Shown: piece after piece, positions 17,819 through 29,300 of the stretch
Position numbering within the stretch: position 1 is the stretch's first letter
Layout: the number at the start of each line of letters is the position of its first letter
Virus record (IMG/VR): IMGVR_UViG_3300032304_000900
Span: 1-64,000 of that record
Direction: 5' to 3' (one strand)
Source of the DNA: a virus
DNA length: 64,000 nt
The notes under the pieces: model-generated
Seen by the model: only the letters and a program-made list of their open reading frames with translations
Told to the model about the DNA's origin: nothing
The model's database searches: none
Made by a program: the position numbers and the translations under genes

Positions 17819-19408
17819 TCAGAAGTTTTGGTGGTCGTTTTCGACCTGAATGCCATCATCGATGAATCCAAAGGGTGTTAATTCTTCTTCGATGGCAAGC
17901 ATTTGTTTTTCATACATGGCTTTTCTTAAGTTAATATCTTTTTGGCTTAAATCTTTAAAATATGAATTTGTTGTTAACCAACCAAAAAGAACTAATGGCA
18001 TAACCAAATCATCATGGTAACCCTCATCTGCAGCATATGAACCTCTGGTTTCAATAAAAGTAGAAATTTCCGAGATAGTATCTACATCATTAATTATGAG
18101 TTTTTTCTCTTCCAACATGGCTTTAAAATTATGACATCCAACACGTTTAACACGTTTGTCTGTATTCACTCCAAATTGAACTTTACCACCACCAAAACCA
18201 CCAGAAACAACTTGTCCATTTGTTGTTCTGTTTACAAAAATAATATTTTCATACATCAATTCATCATGTAAAATATAGGCTACTTGTTCGCTTATGTTTA
18301 TTTCTATCAATACGTAAGCATCATTATAATCTTTTGCAACTTTATGTATAATATTTGGGTATAGAACAGGATTTATCTTATTACTTCTATATTTTCCAAC
18401 CATACGGTAAGGAACATCTGTCATATCAATAATTGTAAATGCTGAGTAATCTCCACCGACACCTTTCGCTACGTCAGCAACAATCACATACTGATGCCCT
18501 TTCTGTGGATAAGCAGTCAAATCTAATCCATCTTTACTATGAATAACTTTGTCAGCAGAAAGTTGTGATATTGTGTTTGCATCAATTAGAGTCAATGCTG
18601 AACCTAAGAATTTACACAGAACTTCTTGATTATATTTAAGGTCACCAAGTTGTCTGCGCTGCTCTTCAGCCCATGCATCGTCACGTCCAGGAATTTTCCA
18701 ATATGGAATAAACAATGGAACGAAATCGTTCCTATCATTTTCTGCATCATTCCAAAATTTCCAAAAATGATTATATCCAAGAGGTGTTGATGTAATTAAA
18801 ATTTTTGTAGTTGTACCAGCAGAAATTGTTGGATAAACTGAAGTAAAAAACGCATCGGCAATATTATTAGGAATAATGGATGCTTCGTCAATGTACAAGA
18901 AATTTACTGATTTAGAACGAATACCAGATGCTGTCGTAGCAGCAGTAAACACCTTTGATCCATTTTCAAGTTCAATATCGCCTTTGTTCCAAGTTTTTAC
19001 TCCTTGCTGCATCCATAATGGTAGATTTTCATACATCAATTGATAACGTGATAAAATTTCACGTGATGTGGATGCTTTATTTGCTAGAATAGCAACTTGT
19101 TTGTTTGCTTGAAATATTGTATACCAAAGAATGTATGCTGCAGCAGTTGTTGTTTTGCCCTGCTGACGACCCTCCATAATAATAACTTTACGATTGTCAT
19201 GAATAGTTTGAATTTTTTCTTTTTGACATTCATACAATTTAAATTTTTGGATACCATGATCCAAAGTAACAATGTAACAATAATTATCAATAAAATACAC
19301 TGGGTCTTGAGAACATTTAATGTACTCTTTTATGTCCTCTTGTGTGAATGGAATGTCAACCCCAATCGCCTTTAAATTGGGATTCGAATTGTAGTTTTTA
19401 GTTGTCAT
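17819..19408 (-). CDS. gp17: terminase large subunit (T4 gp17)
   Basis: YNSNPNLK, Walker A GRQQGKTT, Walker B LYIDE, ITSTP.G.NHF, nuclease ADVAKGVGGDYS and HDDLVM. Confidence 0.98.
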   Translation of the reverse strand: MTTKNYNSNPNLKAIGVDIPFTQEDIKEYIKCSQDPVYFIDNYCYIVTLDHGIQKFKLYECQKEKIQTIHDNRKVIIMEGRQQGKTTTAAAYILWYTIFQANKQVAILANKASTSREILSRYQLMYENLPLWMQQGVKTWNKGDIELENGSKVFTAATTASGIRSKSVNFLYIDEASIIPNNIADAFFTSVYPTISAGTTTKILITSTPLGYNHFWKFWNDAENDRNDFVPLFIPYWKIPGRDDAWAEEQRRQLGDLKYNQEVLCKFLGSALTLIDANTISQLSADKVIHSKDGLDLTAYPQKGHQYVIVADVAKGVGGDYSAFTIIDMTDVPYRMVGKYRSNKINPVLYPNIIHKVAKDYNDAYVLIEINISEQVAYILHDELMYENIIFVNRTTNGQVVSGGFGGGKVQFGVNTDKRVKRVGCHNFKAMLEEKKLIINDVDTISEISTFIETRGSYAADEGYHDDLVMPLVLFGWLTTNSYFKDLSQKDINLRKAMYEKQMLAIEEELTPFGFIDDGIQVENDHQNF

Positions 19409-20187
19409 TAAAAATCAAAATTCCATTCTTCAGAAGTAGGAATTGGCGAAGTTCCAACAGATGTGGTAATTGGATCAACAGAAGCAGTAAACTCTCTGCG
19501 TCTTGCAACAACATCATTTCCAAGTTCATCTTGTTTAACTTCTTTAATATTTGCTTGAACAGTTCTAATAACTTCAGACTCAGTTATCGGTCCAAACATC
19601 TGTGTTTTCATTGTAAAAGTTAATGTATACAAAACAACACGTCTTTGTTCAAATAGCCCATCATAATCATCTTGAAGTGTAACATTATTCAATACAGTTG
19701 GAACATCAAATTTGTACCCCATCTGCGTGTTTAAATTTACTGTAAGATTGTAGTGTGGCGTAAAAAATGGAAGTATTTGTTCTACAACTTGTAATGCATC
19801 TTCTTGTGTCTTTGAAATTATATACATTGTAATTCCAAGATTATATGGCACAGGAACATATTGTGTTCTTCTTTTCTCACCATCAATATTGTCTTCAATA
19901 ATTAGTTGATTAAGAGAACTTACTTTTCTAGAAGGATCATACGAGAAATCTGTAATTTCAAATGTCATTCTTGGTAAAACAATTTCTACTGGACGATCTA
20001 AATCTGGATCATTCTGAGAACGTACTAACCACTTTTCTTTTGGACCATAAGTAATTGGAACTTTTACTAATTGATTTGGTGAACCATTAGAGTTGTCTCT
20101 TTTAATAAAAACACTGTTAAATAATTTACCGAAAACAATAATACTATTTCTTACTGTTGCGTGGTAAAAATGACTGTGATTAAGCAT
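19408..20187 (-). CDS. gp15: tail sheath stabiliser / completion protein (T4 gp15)
   Basis: FYH.TVR..I.VFGKLFN, VPITYGPKEKW, LPRMTFE, QVVEQILPFF.P. Confidence 0.93.
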   Translation of the reverse strand: MLNHSHFYHATVRNSIIVFGKLFNSVFIKRDNSNGSPNQLVKVPITYGPKEKWLVRSQNDPDLDRPVEIVLPRMTFEITDFSYDPSRKVSSLNQLIIEDNIDGEKRRTQYVPVPYNLGITMYIISKTQEDALQVVEQILPFFTPHYNLTVNLNTQMGYKFDVPTVLNNVTLQDDYDGLFEQRRVVLYTLTFTMKTQMFGPITESEVIRTVQANIKEVKQDELGNDVVARRREFTASVDPITTSVGTSPIPTSEEWNFDF

Positions 20188-20905
20188 TTCTTACCTCACC
20201 GAATGGGTTTGATTCATTAAAGTCAACAAGACCAGATCCTTCTGTGTCATATTTTGAATTATCGCCAATGTCTTTTGTTGGATCTGATTCTGTCTCGAGC
20301 GCATATTCCTCATCATTTTGTTCACCTTCAATAAATTCTCCATCTTCTGCACGAATCATATCTTGATCATAAGAATATGTGTCTTCGATTGTATCAATCT
20401 CTGATATTCCAGTATCAATGCGTTCACTAGCATACTGGAATGTTTCAATTTTTAATTTAAATACATACAGTTTGCCGATTTGATAGAATGGATCTTCATG
20501 TTCAACAAATCTAACTTCAAAAAGTTTTTTTGTTAGGGGGAAATATATTAAATCTCCTTCTGCTGGACGAGAAGGTATTCTTGTTACGCCATGACGACCG
20601 ATTAATTGTTCCCAACGTCTGCGAGCTACAACAAGAGTAGCTGATTTCTCAATTTCAATTCCAAATTTTTGTAAAAATGTACCTTGTCCTTGAAAGTCAT
20701 CGACATCTTCAAAGTACATCTCGATGTCATATGCTGCTTCAAATTTAGAGAGAACATCTTCTCCCAACACTAAGTCTTGATTGACAAGTGTTCTGGGAAT
20801 ATAATATACATCTTGACCATATATCTTAAGCGACTCAACAATTAAGTCTTCTAAAAGATATTGTTCGCTTTTTGTTCCCTGTGTAAAGTAAACATTTTTT
20901 GGCAT
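20180..20905 (-). CDS. gp14: neck protein (T4 gp14)
   Basis: EQYLLEDLIVESLKIYGQDVYYIPR, RPAEGDLIYFP, PFYQIGK, DFNESNPFG. Confidence 0.95.
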   Translation of the reverse strand: MPKNVYFTQGTKSEQYLLEDLIVESLKIYGQDVYYIPRTLVNQDLVLGEDVLSKFEAAYDIEMYFEDVDDFQGQGTFLQKFGIEIEKSATLVVARRRWEQLIGRHGVTRIPSRPAEGDLIYFPLTKKLFEVRFVEHEDPFYQIGKLYVFKLKIETFQYASERIDTGISEIDTIEDTYSYDQDMIRAEDGEFIEGEQNDEEYALETESDPTKDIGDNSKYDTEGSGLVDFNESNPFGEVRNA

Positions 20906-20906
20906 C

Positions 20907-21659
20907 TTAACCCATCATAAAATCTGGTGGCAGAGAGAATGTATCTTGTGCTTGTTTTTCTAATTCTTCTATCTCAGAGCTTGCTTCTTCGTATAGTTTG
21001 TCGCCATCTAAAGTAACACCACCTGGAAGTTGAAGACCTGAGAACTTCTTAATGTTGGTTGCCCATTGTTTTTTGATTAAAGCAGTAGCATATCTTTTTA
21101 ACCACATGTCATTCCAAACATCAGCCCATGTAGCTGGATCCATAGCACGATAACAGTCAACGATAATCCATTTACCTTGAATATCTTCATCAGCCCACTT
21201 CATATCAATGTATAAACGATTTTGGTGTTTATTAAAGCGTAATGGTTTTGCTCCATTTAATAACAAATCTAACATTGCAATATAATCACGAACAGTATTA
21301 TAGTAAACTAAAGATGTGTTTGTTAAATCATATAAGTCATTTAGGCGCAACTGATATTGAAGATTAAACAATCCATCGGCTGTACCACTGGTTGTTGTTC
21401 CAGAAAAAGGAAAAATATTTCGAACACCAATAATTAAATCTGTAAGAGGTATGTAACCATTGCTTATGTCTGAGGAAGTAACTTGATGTTTTAGATATAT
21501 TCTTTCAACACCATCGTAGTGAAACTCTTGATAAAATTGCAATGCTTCATCAATACGATCGGAAACTTGGTCATCGTCTACGTTAATTTCGACAACTGGA
21601 TGACCAAGTTTTCTCAGACAGTAGTCTGTAAATGTATCTCTTGTTGTTGGAGCAGCCAT
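20907..21659 (-). CDS. gp13: neck protein (T4 gp13)
   Basis: YCLRKLGHPVVEINVDDDQV.DRIDEALQ, WLKRYATALIKKQW..N..KF.G.QLPGGVTL.G. Confidence 0.95.
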   Translation of the reverse strand: MAAPTTRDTFTDYCLRKLGHPVVEINVDDDQVSDRIDEALQFYQEFHYDGVERIYLKHQVTSSDISNGYIPLTDLIIGVRNIFPFSGTTTSGTADGLFNLQYQLRLNDLYDLTNTSLVYYNTVRDYIAMLDLLLNGAKPLRFNKHQNRLYIDMKWADEDIQGKWIIVDCYRAMDPATWADVWNDMWLKRYATALIKKQWATNIKKFSGLQLPGGVTLDGDKLYEEASSEIEELEKQAQDTFSLPPDFMMG

Positions 21660-21662
21660 ATT

Positions 21663-24600
21663 TTATGCCTGTGCTTCTGTCCATGAAATACGAGCAGCAA
21701 GATTTCCTGGAGGAGATAAAACAACAGTACCATTTGTACCAGAGGTAGCATTTTTTGAGAATGCCACGTCATATCCACCACCAGCTTTAGCAGTAATAGA
21801 TTTGACAACACCACCAGCAGCAGTACCACCTGAAGATGAAGAAACAACCCAACCAACTTCAAAACCAGTTACATCATTAATAACCACAATTGGTGAACCA
21901 GCAGTAGTTGTTGTTGGAGAAACAGTAATCGGTTGTAATACGTTTGAGCAGCAAATCGTAATAATATCTGGACCATCAGGATAAATGTTTACGTTTGAGT
22001 TTAGTGTTAATGAATTTACCAATCCACCACCAAGAACTGAGTTACCAAGATCACGAACTTTATCTAGTTCATCTGTTGTAACTGTGTAGTTTAATCCACC
22101 ACCACCTTGGTCTGTATAAAAAGCGAAAATTGTTTCACCACCAGTAATCTGCGTTCCGCTTGGGTGATATACAACTTGAGATAATGAAGAACCACCTACG
22201 TTTTGGAATGTTGGTGCATTTGTAATAAATCTTGGATTTAGAATAATACGAATAAAGAAAGCACCATTTGATGTAACACCAATAGATCGTAAAGTTAACT
22301 GCATACGATTTATAATTTCTTTCAATCCAAGAACACCAGAAGCACCATTATCAACTGATGGCGCAACACGCAAACTTAATACTGCGTTAATTGTTGTTGT
22401 ATAGTTTGTAACATAAGATGGGTTACCAGCAGTAAACACCAGAGATTTATCGTCATCGTAACGACCATCCATAATAACAGATGTACCCCAGTGATTTGCA
22501 GTTGGGGCAAATTGATTAGTATGTAGAAATACTGGAATAACTGGACCATCAGTATCATATGTATGTGTAGTGCCAGAGTTGTTTGCTCCGTTTGCGTTTG
22601 AAGATGCTGCGTATACGTTAAAATTAGTAATATTACCAGTACCAGTACATGCTTGGCTCAATTCAATAGTCGAGGCTGAAGAATTAAAACCAGTAATAAA
22701 TGTGTTTTCTGGAATGTTTGTACCAGTTACGAATGCTCCAATCGGAGCCATGTTTAGCGAATTGCCGATTGAATTTTGTGCAAATCCTTTTGAAGTCGTA
22801 ACAGTATTACTTCCGTTAACAGTTGCAACAGTTCCACCACCAGTATTAAAATAATCAGAACGATAACCAGCGATAGTTGCGCCATTCATACCAAGACCAG
22901 CACCACGTTGTGTTACTGTAAATGTTGTTGCTGTTTTACTACTGTATTGAACATATTCATAATAATCAGCACCACCTGGAGATCCACCTGTTAAAGCAGC
23001 ATCTGCTGATGTTCTTCCTGGATCTGCAATTAACAATACACCAGAATTTGGAAATCCTTCTGTACTATTAACAGTTAATGTTGATGTTCCAGAAGTAAAT
23101 GTTTGAGTGATGTAAGTATACGGTGTGAATGTATGAGTTTCGTAGCGAGCTGGCAAGTTACCAGAACGCATATATGCTTCAGTATTTATGTTAGAGTTGA
23201 CGATCCTGTGACAGTAGATAATTCTACCTTCTTGATCTTTAAAACCAAAACGAATTGCGCCAGCACCGTACCAAGCGTAGTCACAATAAATCATCTGCAT
23301 TTTGTTTAGATCTAGTGTAAAACCAGATGGACCGTAACCATCGCAACGATCAATGTTCCATTGAGATTGCGGAATACGAACTTCATTAATTTTATTTACA
23401 ACACCACCAGAAATTGTAGCACCACGATATTCTGGATTGATACGTATTCTTAAATCGTTAATAACTTCCATAACACGATAAGACATACCCTTAACAGAAA
23501 TCCAATCTCCTGGATTCAACTGTTTCAGAAACTTAGTTTGTTTGCCTGTTCCTAAAGATGTTACTGAGTTCACTTCATCTGAACCATTAGTTACTGCCAC
23601 CAAACCAGATAACTGAGTTGTTGAGTTTCTTCTAACTGCTGTTAAATTTTGTCCGTCATATTCAAAATAAAATCCGTTGTTTTGATCAAACATACCAACA
23701 CGAATACCAGCACCATACCAACCTGTTGCTCCAACGATTGGGAAACCGAAAGCAGTTGTTACTGATGGTGTGCTTGCCATTTGATATGTAAAATCAAATT
23801 CATTATTAACGTCTAAAACAGTAAAGTTACCATTATAAGCACTTGTTGACAGTCCTGGCTCTGTTGCTCCAGAAATGTTGATAGAGATTCCTGGTTGTAA
23901 GTTGTGTGGTTCTTTTGATGTTGCTGTCGCAATATTACCAACAGAAGAAATAGTATCTAATGTGAAATTTGGACGGAGAACAGAACCTGTTGAAAATTGA
24001 ATACCTTTACCAGATTGATAGCGGAAGTAACGTCTTGTTTGACGCAACGCTTGATAGTTATGACTTTGTGTGTTGGTTGAGAAACGAACACCACCATCGA
24101 ATGGTCTATGAGCAAATGTTGACTCATTACGAACATAACAACTTAATGAACCAACAGCAGTAATAGTTGGCACGTTTGATCCAGCTGCCATCAACACACC
24201 AAACTTACGTGGGCTGTATACAGCCATAACTGTGTAAGAGGTTCCTCCTGGATTTGTTCCAGTTGAAATTGTTGCAGCACCTGTTAGATAAACAAGATTA
24301 CCAAGTGTCAAACCATGGTCACGTGTTGTTGTGATAACGACAACAATGTCATTAGCTGGCGATCCAGCTGCAGTAGCAGAGAATGCTGCTGCGCTACTAA
24401 TTACGATTTGTGAATTAGTATAGAAAGAGCCAGCATATGTTGTTGTAATACCTGTGTTAAAAATAGATCCTGTTGTTCCTGGGAAGTTAGCAGAGGAACG
24501 ATAACGAATTTCCCAACGTGAAGATGCGATTACTGGAGTTGTTAACTCAATTAGATAACCACCATTGGCTGCAGTAAATAATGACTCTTGAACTTGAATA

Positions 24601-25340
24601 GGAGAACCAACATCAGGAATTCTTTGCGGAGCAAAACGGAAAGCTGAAGTAACTTGATTGACTGCTGCGTTCGATTGCAATGTTAAAGAAGTATCTGTTT
24701 CAACTGTTGAAACAATACCAATTAATGTATCAGAAGAGTTATAAAGCGCATATCCTGGAAAAATTGTAGATAAGAAATTGGTTCCTGCTCCAGTAACAAT
24801 TGTAGAAGTTGTACTTGTTGTTGCGTTACCAGTTCCAGAGTTATAATTAGCATATACAATAATATTTTTAGAACCATTTGTTGCTTGAATATCTGAAACA
24901 GCAATTGGTGACTGTAAGTCAACATAGAACGAAGGACGTCCATTCAATAGAGAAATATTTTCCCATTTGGTTGGTTGTGTTCCGTATTCAAAGTCAGTAT
25001 CAATCAACGACTGTGGTGTTGACATGCGCATTTTCTGCACAGGATCTTGATATGTTTCTGCAGGAATAATTTCTTGAACACTATCGTCATAAACGAATTG
25101 TAACGAGTCTGATGAAGACATCGTTGTTGTGTTATAATTTAACGTAATTATTGTTACACCATTATTAACTGTATATGCAGTTGCAGTTAAGTTTGGATCA
25201 CTAAAGTTGTAGATAACTTTATTCTGTGTTACGTTTGTAATAAGAACAAGATTTTCTCTTTGAATCGCTTTCGGAATTGAAACTATGCGAGACGCAGGAG
25301 TAAATGTATAATACTGTTCAGTTAGGACTTTTTTGGCCAT
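21663..25340 (-). CDS. large virion structural protein (1225 aa), paralog of 26388..29465
   Basis: Gly/Thr/Ser-rich; shares YTF.P..R...LITNVT.N.VIYNFSDPNL, PQSLIDTDFEYG.QPTKWE, RQTRRYFRYQSGKG.Q, EAYMRSGNLPARYET and WTEAQA with its paralog. Confidence 0.75.
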   Translation of the reverse strand: MAKKVLTEQYYTFTPASRIVSIPKAIQRENLVLITNVTQNKVIYNFSDPNLTATAYTVNNGVTIITLNYNTTTMSSSDSLQFVYDDSVQEIIPAETYQDPVQKMRMSTPQSLIDTDFEYGTQPTKWENISLLNGRPSFYVDLQSPIAVSDIQATNGSKNIIVYANYNSGTGNATTSTTSTIVTGAGTNFLSTIFPGYALYNSSDTLIGIVSTVETDTSLTLQSNAAVNQVTSAFRFAPQRIPDVGSPIQVQESLFTAANGGYLIELTTPVIASSRWEIRYRSSANFPGTTGSIFNTGITTTYAGSFYTNSQIVISSAAAFSATAAGSPANDIVVVITTTRDHGLTLGNLVYLTGAATISTGTNPGGTSYTVMAVYSPRKFGVLMAAGSNVPTITAVGSLSCYVRNESTFAHRPFDGGVRFSTNTQSHNYQALRQTRRYFRYQSGKGIQFSTGSVLRPNFTLDTISSVGNIATATSKEPHNLQPGISINISGATEPGLSTSAYNGNFTVLDVNNEFDFTYQMASTPSVTTAFGFPIVGATGWYGAGIRVGMFDQNNGFYFEYDGQNLTAVRRNSTTQLSGLVAVTNGSDEVNSVTSLGTGKQTKFLKQLNPGDWISVKGMSYRVMEVINDLRIRINPEYRGATISGGVVNKINEVRIPQSQWNIDRCDGYGPSGFTLDLNKMQMIYCDYAWYGAGAIRFGFKDQEGRIIYCHRIVNSNINTEAYMRSGNLPARYETHTFTPYTYITQTFTSGTSTLTVNSTEGFPNSGVLLIADPGRTSADAALTGGSPGGADYYEYVQYSSKTATTFTVTQRGAGLGMNGATIAGYRSDYFNTGGGTVATVNGSNTVTTSKGFAQNSIGNSLNMAPIGAFVTGTNIPENTFITGFNSSASTIELSQACTGTGNITNFNVYAASSNANGANNSGTTHTYDTDGPVIPVFLHTNQFAPTANHWGTSVIMDGRYDDDKSLVFTAGNPSYVTNYTTTINAVLSLRVAPSVDNGASGVLGLKEIINRMQLTLRSIGVTSNGAFFIRIILNPRFITNAPTFQNVGGSSLSQVVYHPSGTQITGGETIFAFYTDQGGGGLNYTVTTDELDKVRDLGNSVLGGGLVNSLTLNSNVNIYPDGPDIITICCSNVLQPITVSPTTTTAGSPIVVINDVTGFEVGWVVSSSSGGTAAGGVVKSITAKAGGGYDVAFSKNATSGTNGTVVLSPPGNLAARISWTEAQA

Positions 25341-25370
25341 TTAAGACGCTCCGTATTTAATCTTCTATGT

Positions 25371-25378
25371 TATTTATA
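25371..25378 (-). promoter_or_regulatory. late promoter TATAAATA
   Basis: Exact consensus upstream of the 1225-aa gene. Confidence 0.8.
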
Positions 25379-26377
25379 TTATGGTTGTGATATCTCTCGT
25401 AAAACCCAACCATACTCCATATATTGATGCACAAGATAGTTTGTTCCTGACCCTGCGTGATTGAAATATTGGAGTTTGTAAGTTACTGGCAAAACAGTAT
25501 TTGGTGTATCGAAATATCTTAATGTTGCCTCGTCCCATCCACCCTCTTTATAGAACCAACCATATGCATATCTACTTGCGCCACCACTTCTTGGAGTTAA
25601 TGTGGTGTATCCACCACCATTGATATCACGCAACAAGATTGCGCCAAGTTGAGATGAAGCAGCAGCACCATATGCCATGGTTGAAAAGAAAACAACTTCT
25701 ATTCTGCTATTTGCGAACTTTGGTGTTATGGTAGCTGTCAGAGGAGCATCAGCAGGTGTTGTTGTGGCTGTTGATATATGCGAAGTTGGCATTGTTGTAA
25801 AGAATCTCTCCTGAACAACAGTTGGTGCATTCATAGCAGTAGTCAAATACTGTATTGAAGGCACATCCAAATATGTTACTGGATTGTCGAGATAACCAAT
25901 CCAAGAAGTTCCACCATCAAATGTCACAAATTTAAATACATCAATTCTGTTTGGTATTGTTTGTAATGTTGGATAAATTGGATTACCAGCTGAAAGACCA
26001 GTATTTGGCCAACGAATATTTGTTGCTGTGTTCCATAAGATTGCTCTACCACCTACCGTATCTTGATTAAAATATACGGTAATGATAAGAGATCCGTCAG
26101 TAGAAGGTGGGACGTTGTTAAATGTAATTCCTGTTGCATTTGCTCGAAGAATAACATTATGCGTTTGATAATTACAATCTATAACAACATTTTGACTATT
26201 GATGTCATGATATGTCGTCACAAATGGTGAGGCAACACGCTTCGTATAAAGGGTGTTGCCAACACGGAGATCGTTTCTAACGCCAACATTATTACCAAGG
26301 GAGACATTATCTCCCTCAGCAACAATTTGATCACCTACTCTTAGACCATTTTGAGGTAAAGATAGTTCTGTTGACAT
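25379..26377 (-). CDS. tail-fibre-like / receptor-binding protein (332 aa)
   Basis: QDTVGGRAILW...IRWP...PTL....RIDVFKFVTFDGGTSWIG module plus C-terminal ATITPKFANSRI...FDTPNT..PVTYKLQ domain, both typical of phage fibres. Confidence 0.6.
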   Translation of the reverse strand: MSTELSLPQNGLRVGDQIVAEGDNVSLGNNVGVRNDLRVGNTLYTKRVASPFVTTYHDINSQNVVIDCNYQTHNVILRANATGITFNNVPPSTDGSLIITVYFNQDTVGGRAILWNTATNIRWPNTGLSAGNPIYPTLQTIPNRIDVFKFVTFDGGTSWIGYLDNPVTYLDVPSIQYLTTAMNAPTVVQERFFTTMPTSHISTATTTPADAPLTATITPKFANSRIEVVFFSTMAYGAAASSQLGAILLRDINGGGYTTLTPRSGGASRYAYGWFYKEGGWDEATLRYFDTPNTVLPVTYKLQYFNHAGSGTNYLVHQYMEYGWVLREISQP

Positions 26378-26387
26378 TTACACATCA

Positions 26388-29300
26388 TTATGCTTGTGCT
26401 TCAGTCCAAGCCACACGACAAGCAATATCCTGAGCAGTACCAGTAATATTTGTTACAACAACGTGAATAGTATCTGGACCATCTGGATAAATGTTTGCGT
26501 TACCAGCAGTACCACCACCACCAAGGATAGAGTTACCTAGATCACGGACAAGATTCAAATCTTGTGCAGTGGTTGTAAAACCAGTACCAGATCCTGGGTT
26601 TGTATAGAAACCACCGATAATTTCACCACCAGACATTGTTGTACCAGCTGTGTAGATGATATACTGAGCCAGTGACGAACCACCCTGTGATAACCATGTA
26701 CCAGCAGTTGACGGAGTTGAGTTCAAGAACAACTGAACTAGGAAACGTCCATTAGATAGAACACCAATTTGACGTAGAACCATTTGCATGCGGTTTACGA
26801 TATCACGAGAACCAATTGCAGAAGCAGCGGATCCGTTCGATACGTGAGGTGCGATACGTAGAGCCAACACTGCGTTTGTTGCGCCAATACCAATGTTAAT
26901 TGGTGCTGTCATACCACGCAAGAACACGAATGATTTATCGTCATCGAAACGACCATCCATCATTACGGAAGTACCCCAGTGATTAATTTGTGAACCAACT
27001 AGTGGCGCATGTAATTGAATAACTGTTGGTGCTGTTGCTGAGAATGTAAATGTCTGAGCAGTTTGTCCCATTGGAGCGTATACCAATGTTGTAGTTGCTG
27101 AAGACTGAGCAGCACGACTTAGTGTAATTGATGTATTAGCAATAAAACTCACAACATATGTGCCGTGTGGGAAAATGCCCAAAGAAGGAGCCACGACATA
27201 CTGACCAATTTGAACACCTGTTGTTGAAGAAACAGTTACTGTATTAGAACCACTAGTATGTGTGCTGCTTATAGAACCACCTGCTTGACCACGAGTAATA
27301 CCACCAAATGTAGTAGCTGATTTGGTTGTGTAGTTAATATATTCTGTTTGAGTGCCGTTGCGGACCATCAATGTGCCAGAACTTGGAAATTCGGTAGTTG
27401 ATGTTACGTTGATTGTTGTATCAGAAGAACCGAAAGTAGCAGTAGAGAATGTATACTTAGAAATAGTATTTGTCTCATAGCGAGCTGGTAAGTTACCAGA
27501 ACGCATATATGCTTCAGAATTCAAGTTGTTATTCATTTGTCTGTGACAGTAAATAATGTTACCATCAGCAGCACGGAAACCCCAACGAATGTAACCAGCA
27601 CCGTACCATGAGTAGTCCATGTAGTACATTTGCATCTTAGATGTATCTAAAACAAAGCCACTTGGACCTGTACCATCGCAACGATCCATGTTCCAAGCAG
27701 ATTGTGCAATTCTGGTATCGACTGTTTTAGAAATAATACCTTTTGTCAAGTTAGAAGTACCACGATATGCTGGGTAAATTGTCATGCTTGTGTCAGAAGC
27801 GATGTTTAGAACACGATAAGTATGACCACGCAATACGATAAAATCGTTTGGTTGTAATTGTTTAGCGAACTGAGTTGTTACACCATTTGTTGTTAAACCA
27901 GTAACTGTGTTATCAGCAGCGTTGATGGAAACGAAACCACCGATTTGATATGTTGAAGAGCGACGAACAGCAAACAGTCCTTGTCCATCGTGTTCAAAGA
28001 AGATACCATTCTGACTGTCAAATATACCAGTGCGGTTTGTACCACCATACCATGAGTCAACACTGATTTGGAAGTTACCAGAAGCTGTTGCTGCTGATGG
28101 TGTACCAGAAGCAGTATATTCAAAACGATAACGATCAATTACACGTGTTACAGCGTATGTTCCGTTATATGCAGATTCGGTTGTGCCAAACACTTTAATA
28201 CTAACTGTTGGCTGTAAGTTGTGTGGGAACTTGGTGTAAACAGTTACAGTAGAGCCTGATGATGTCATCGCATCAACAGCTATCTGTGACTTTAGTGCTG
28301 TACCAGTCGATACTTGAACACCTTTACCAGACTGGTAACGGAAGTAACGACGTGTCTGACGAATCATTTGTTGATTGTGAGAAGGTGTATTTGTAGAGAA
28401 TGATACACCACCATCAAATGGACGATGATTTGATGTTCCAGGAGGGCGCACGTAAATGGTGTTAGCAGAACCTGTTGGAGCACCAGCGTTAGCAGTAGTA
28501 TCTGTGTAGAAGCAGAATACAGTTGGTGATAGAATAGAGTAAACAAAGTGATTACCATATTGAGAATCTGTTGCACCACCTGTTTTGCTGTTAATCAAAG
28601 CAATTTCGTTACCAATCTCAAGACCATGTGGTAATGTGCAAGTAACTTGTTGTAACTGACCAGATGGAGCAGCGTAAGTTGGTGTACCACCTAAACCTGC
28701 ACCAGTAAAGAACTGTGCGTCATAAATTGTTGTTGGGATATTAGCATCATTGATATCTGTTGATGGTGTACTACCAGTAATCCATGCTTCGTTTGCTTTA
28801 TAAGTGAAAGAGGTACCACCTGGAACTGTTTCGATTATGAATAAACCATTAGCAGGTGCCCAAGCTGAATCTTGAATCATTACCATTTGACCAACTACGA
28901 AACCAGTTGAAGAACCTACAGTTACAGTAACAAGACGAGATCCGTTTGATACTGTTAAGTTTGTAATTGTTGTAGCAGATGCTTGGCTGCGACCAAAGTT
29001 TGGACGATCCAAGTTAATGAAAGCGGATGGACGATTATTGATTAATGATAATTGTTCCCATTTAGTTGGCTGTAAACCATATTCAAAGTCAGTATCAATT
29101 AAAGATTGTGGCTGAGAAGTACGGAATTTACCAACTGGATCCATTAATGTTTCGCCAGGAGTAAACTTACTTTCGTATTCGTCAACGATAACTTGTAGTT
29201 TATCGTTCGCTCCCATTGATGTTGTATTATATTGCAATACGATTGTTGTAATCGCATCACTTTGGTATCCTAACGCTGCACCACCTGTAGTGTGCGTGTA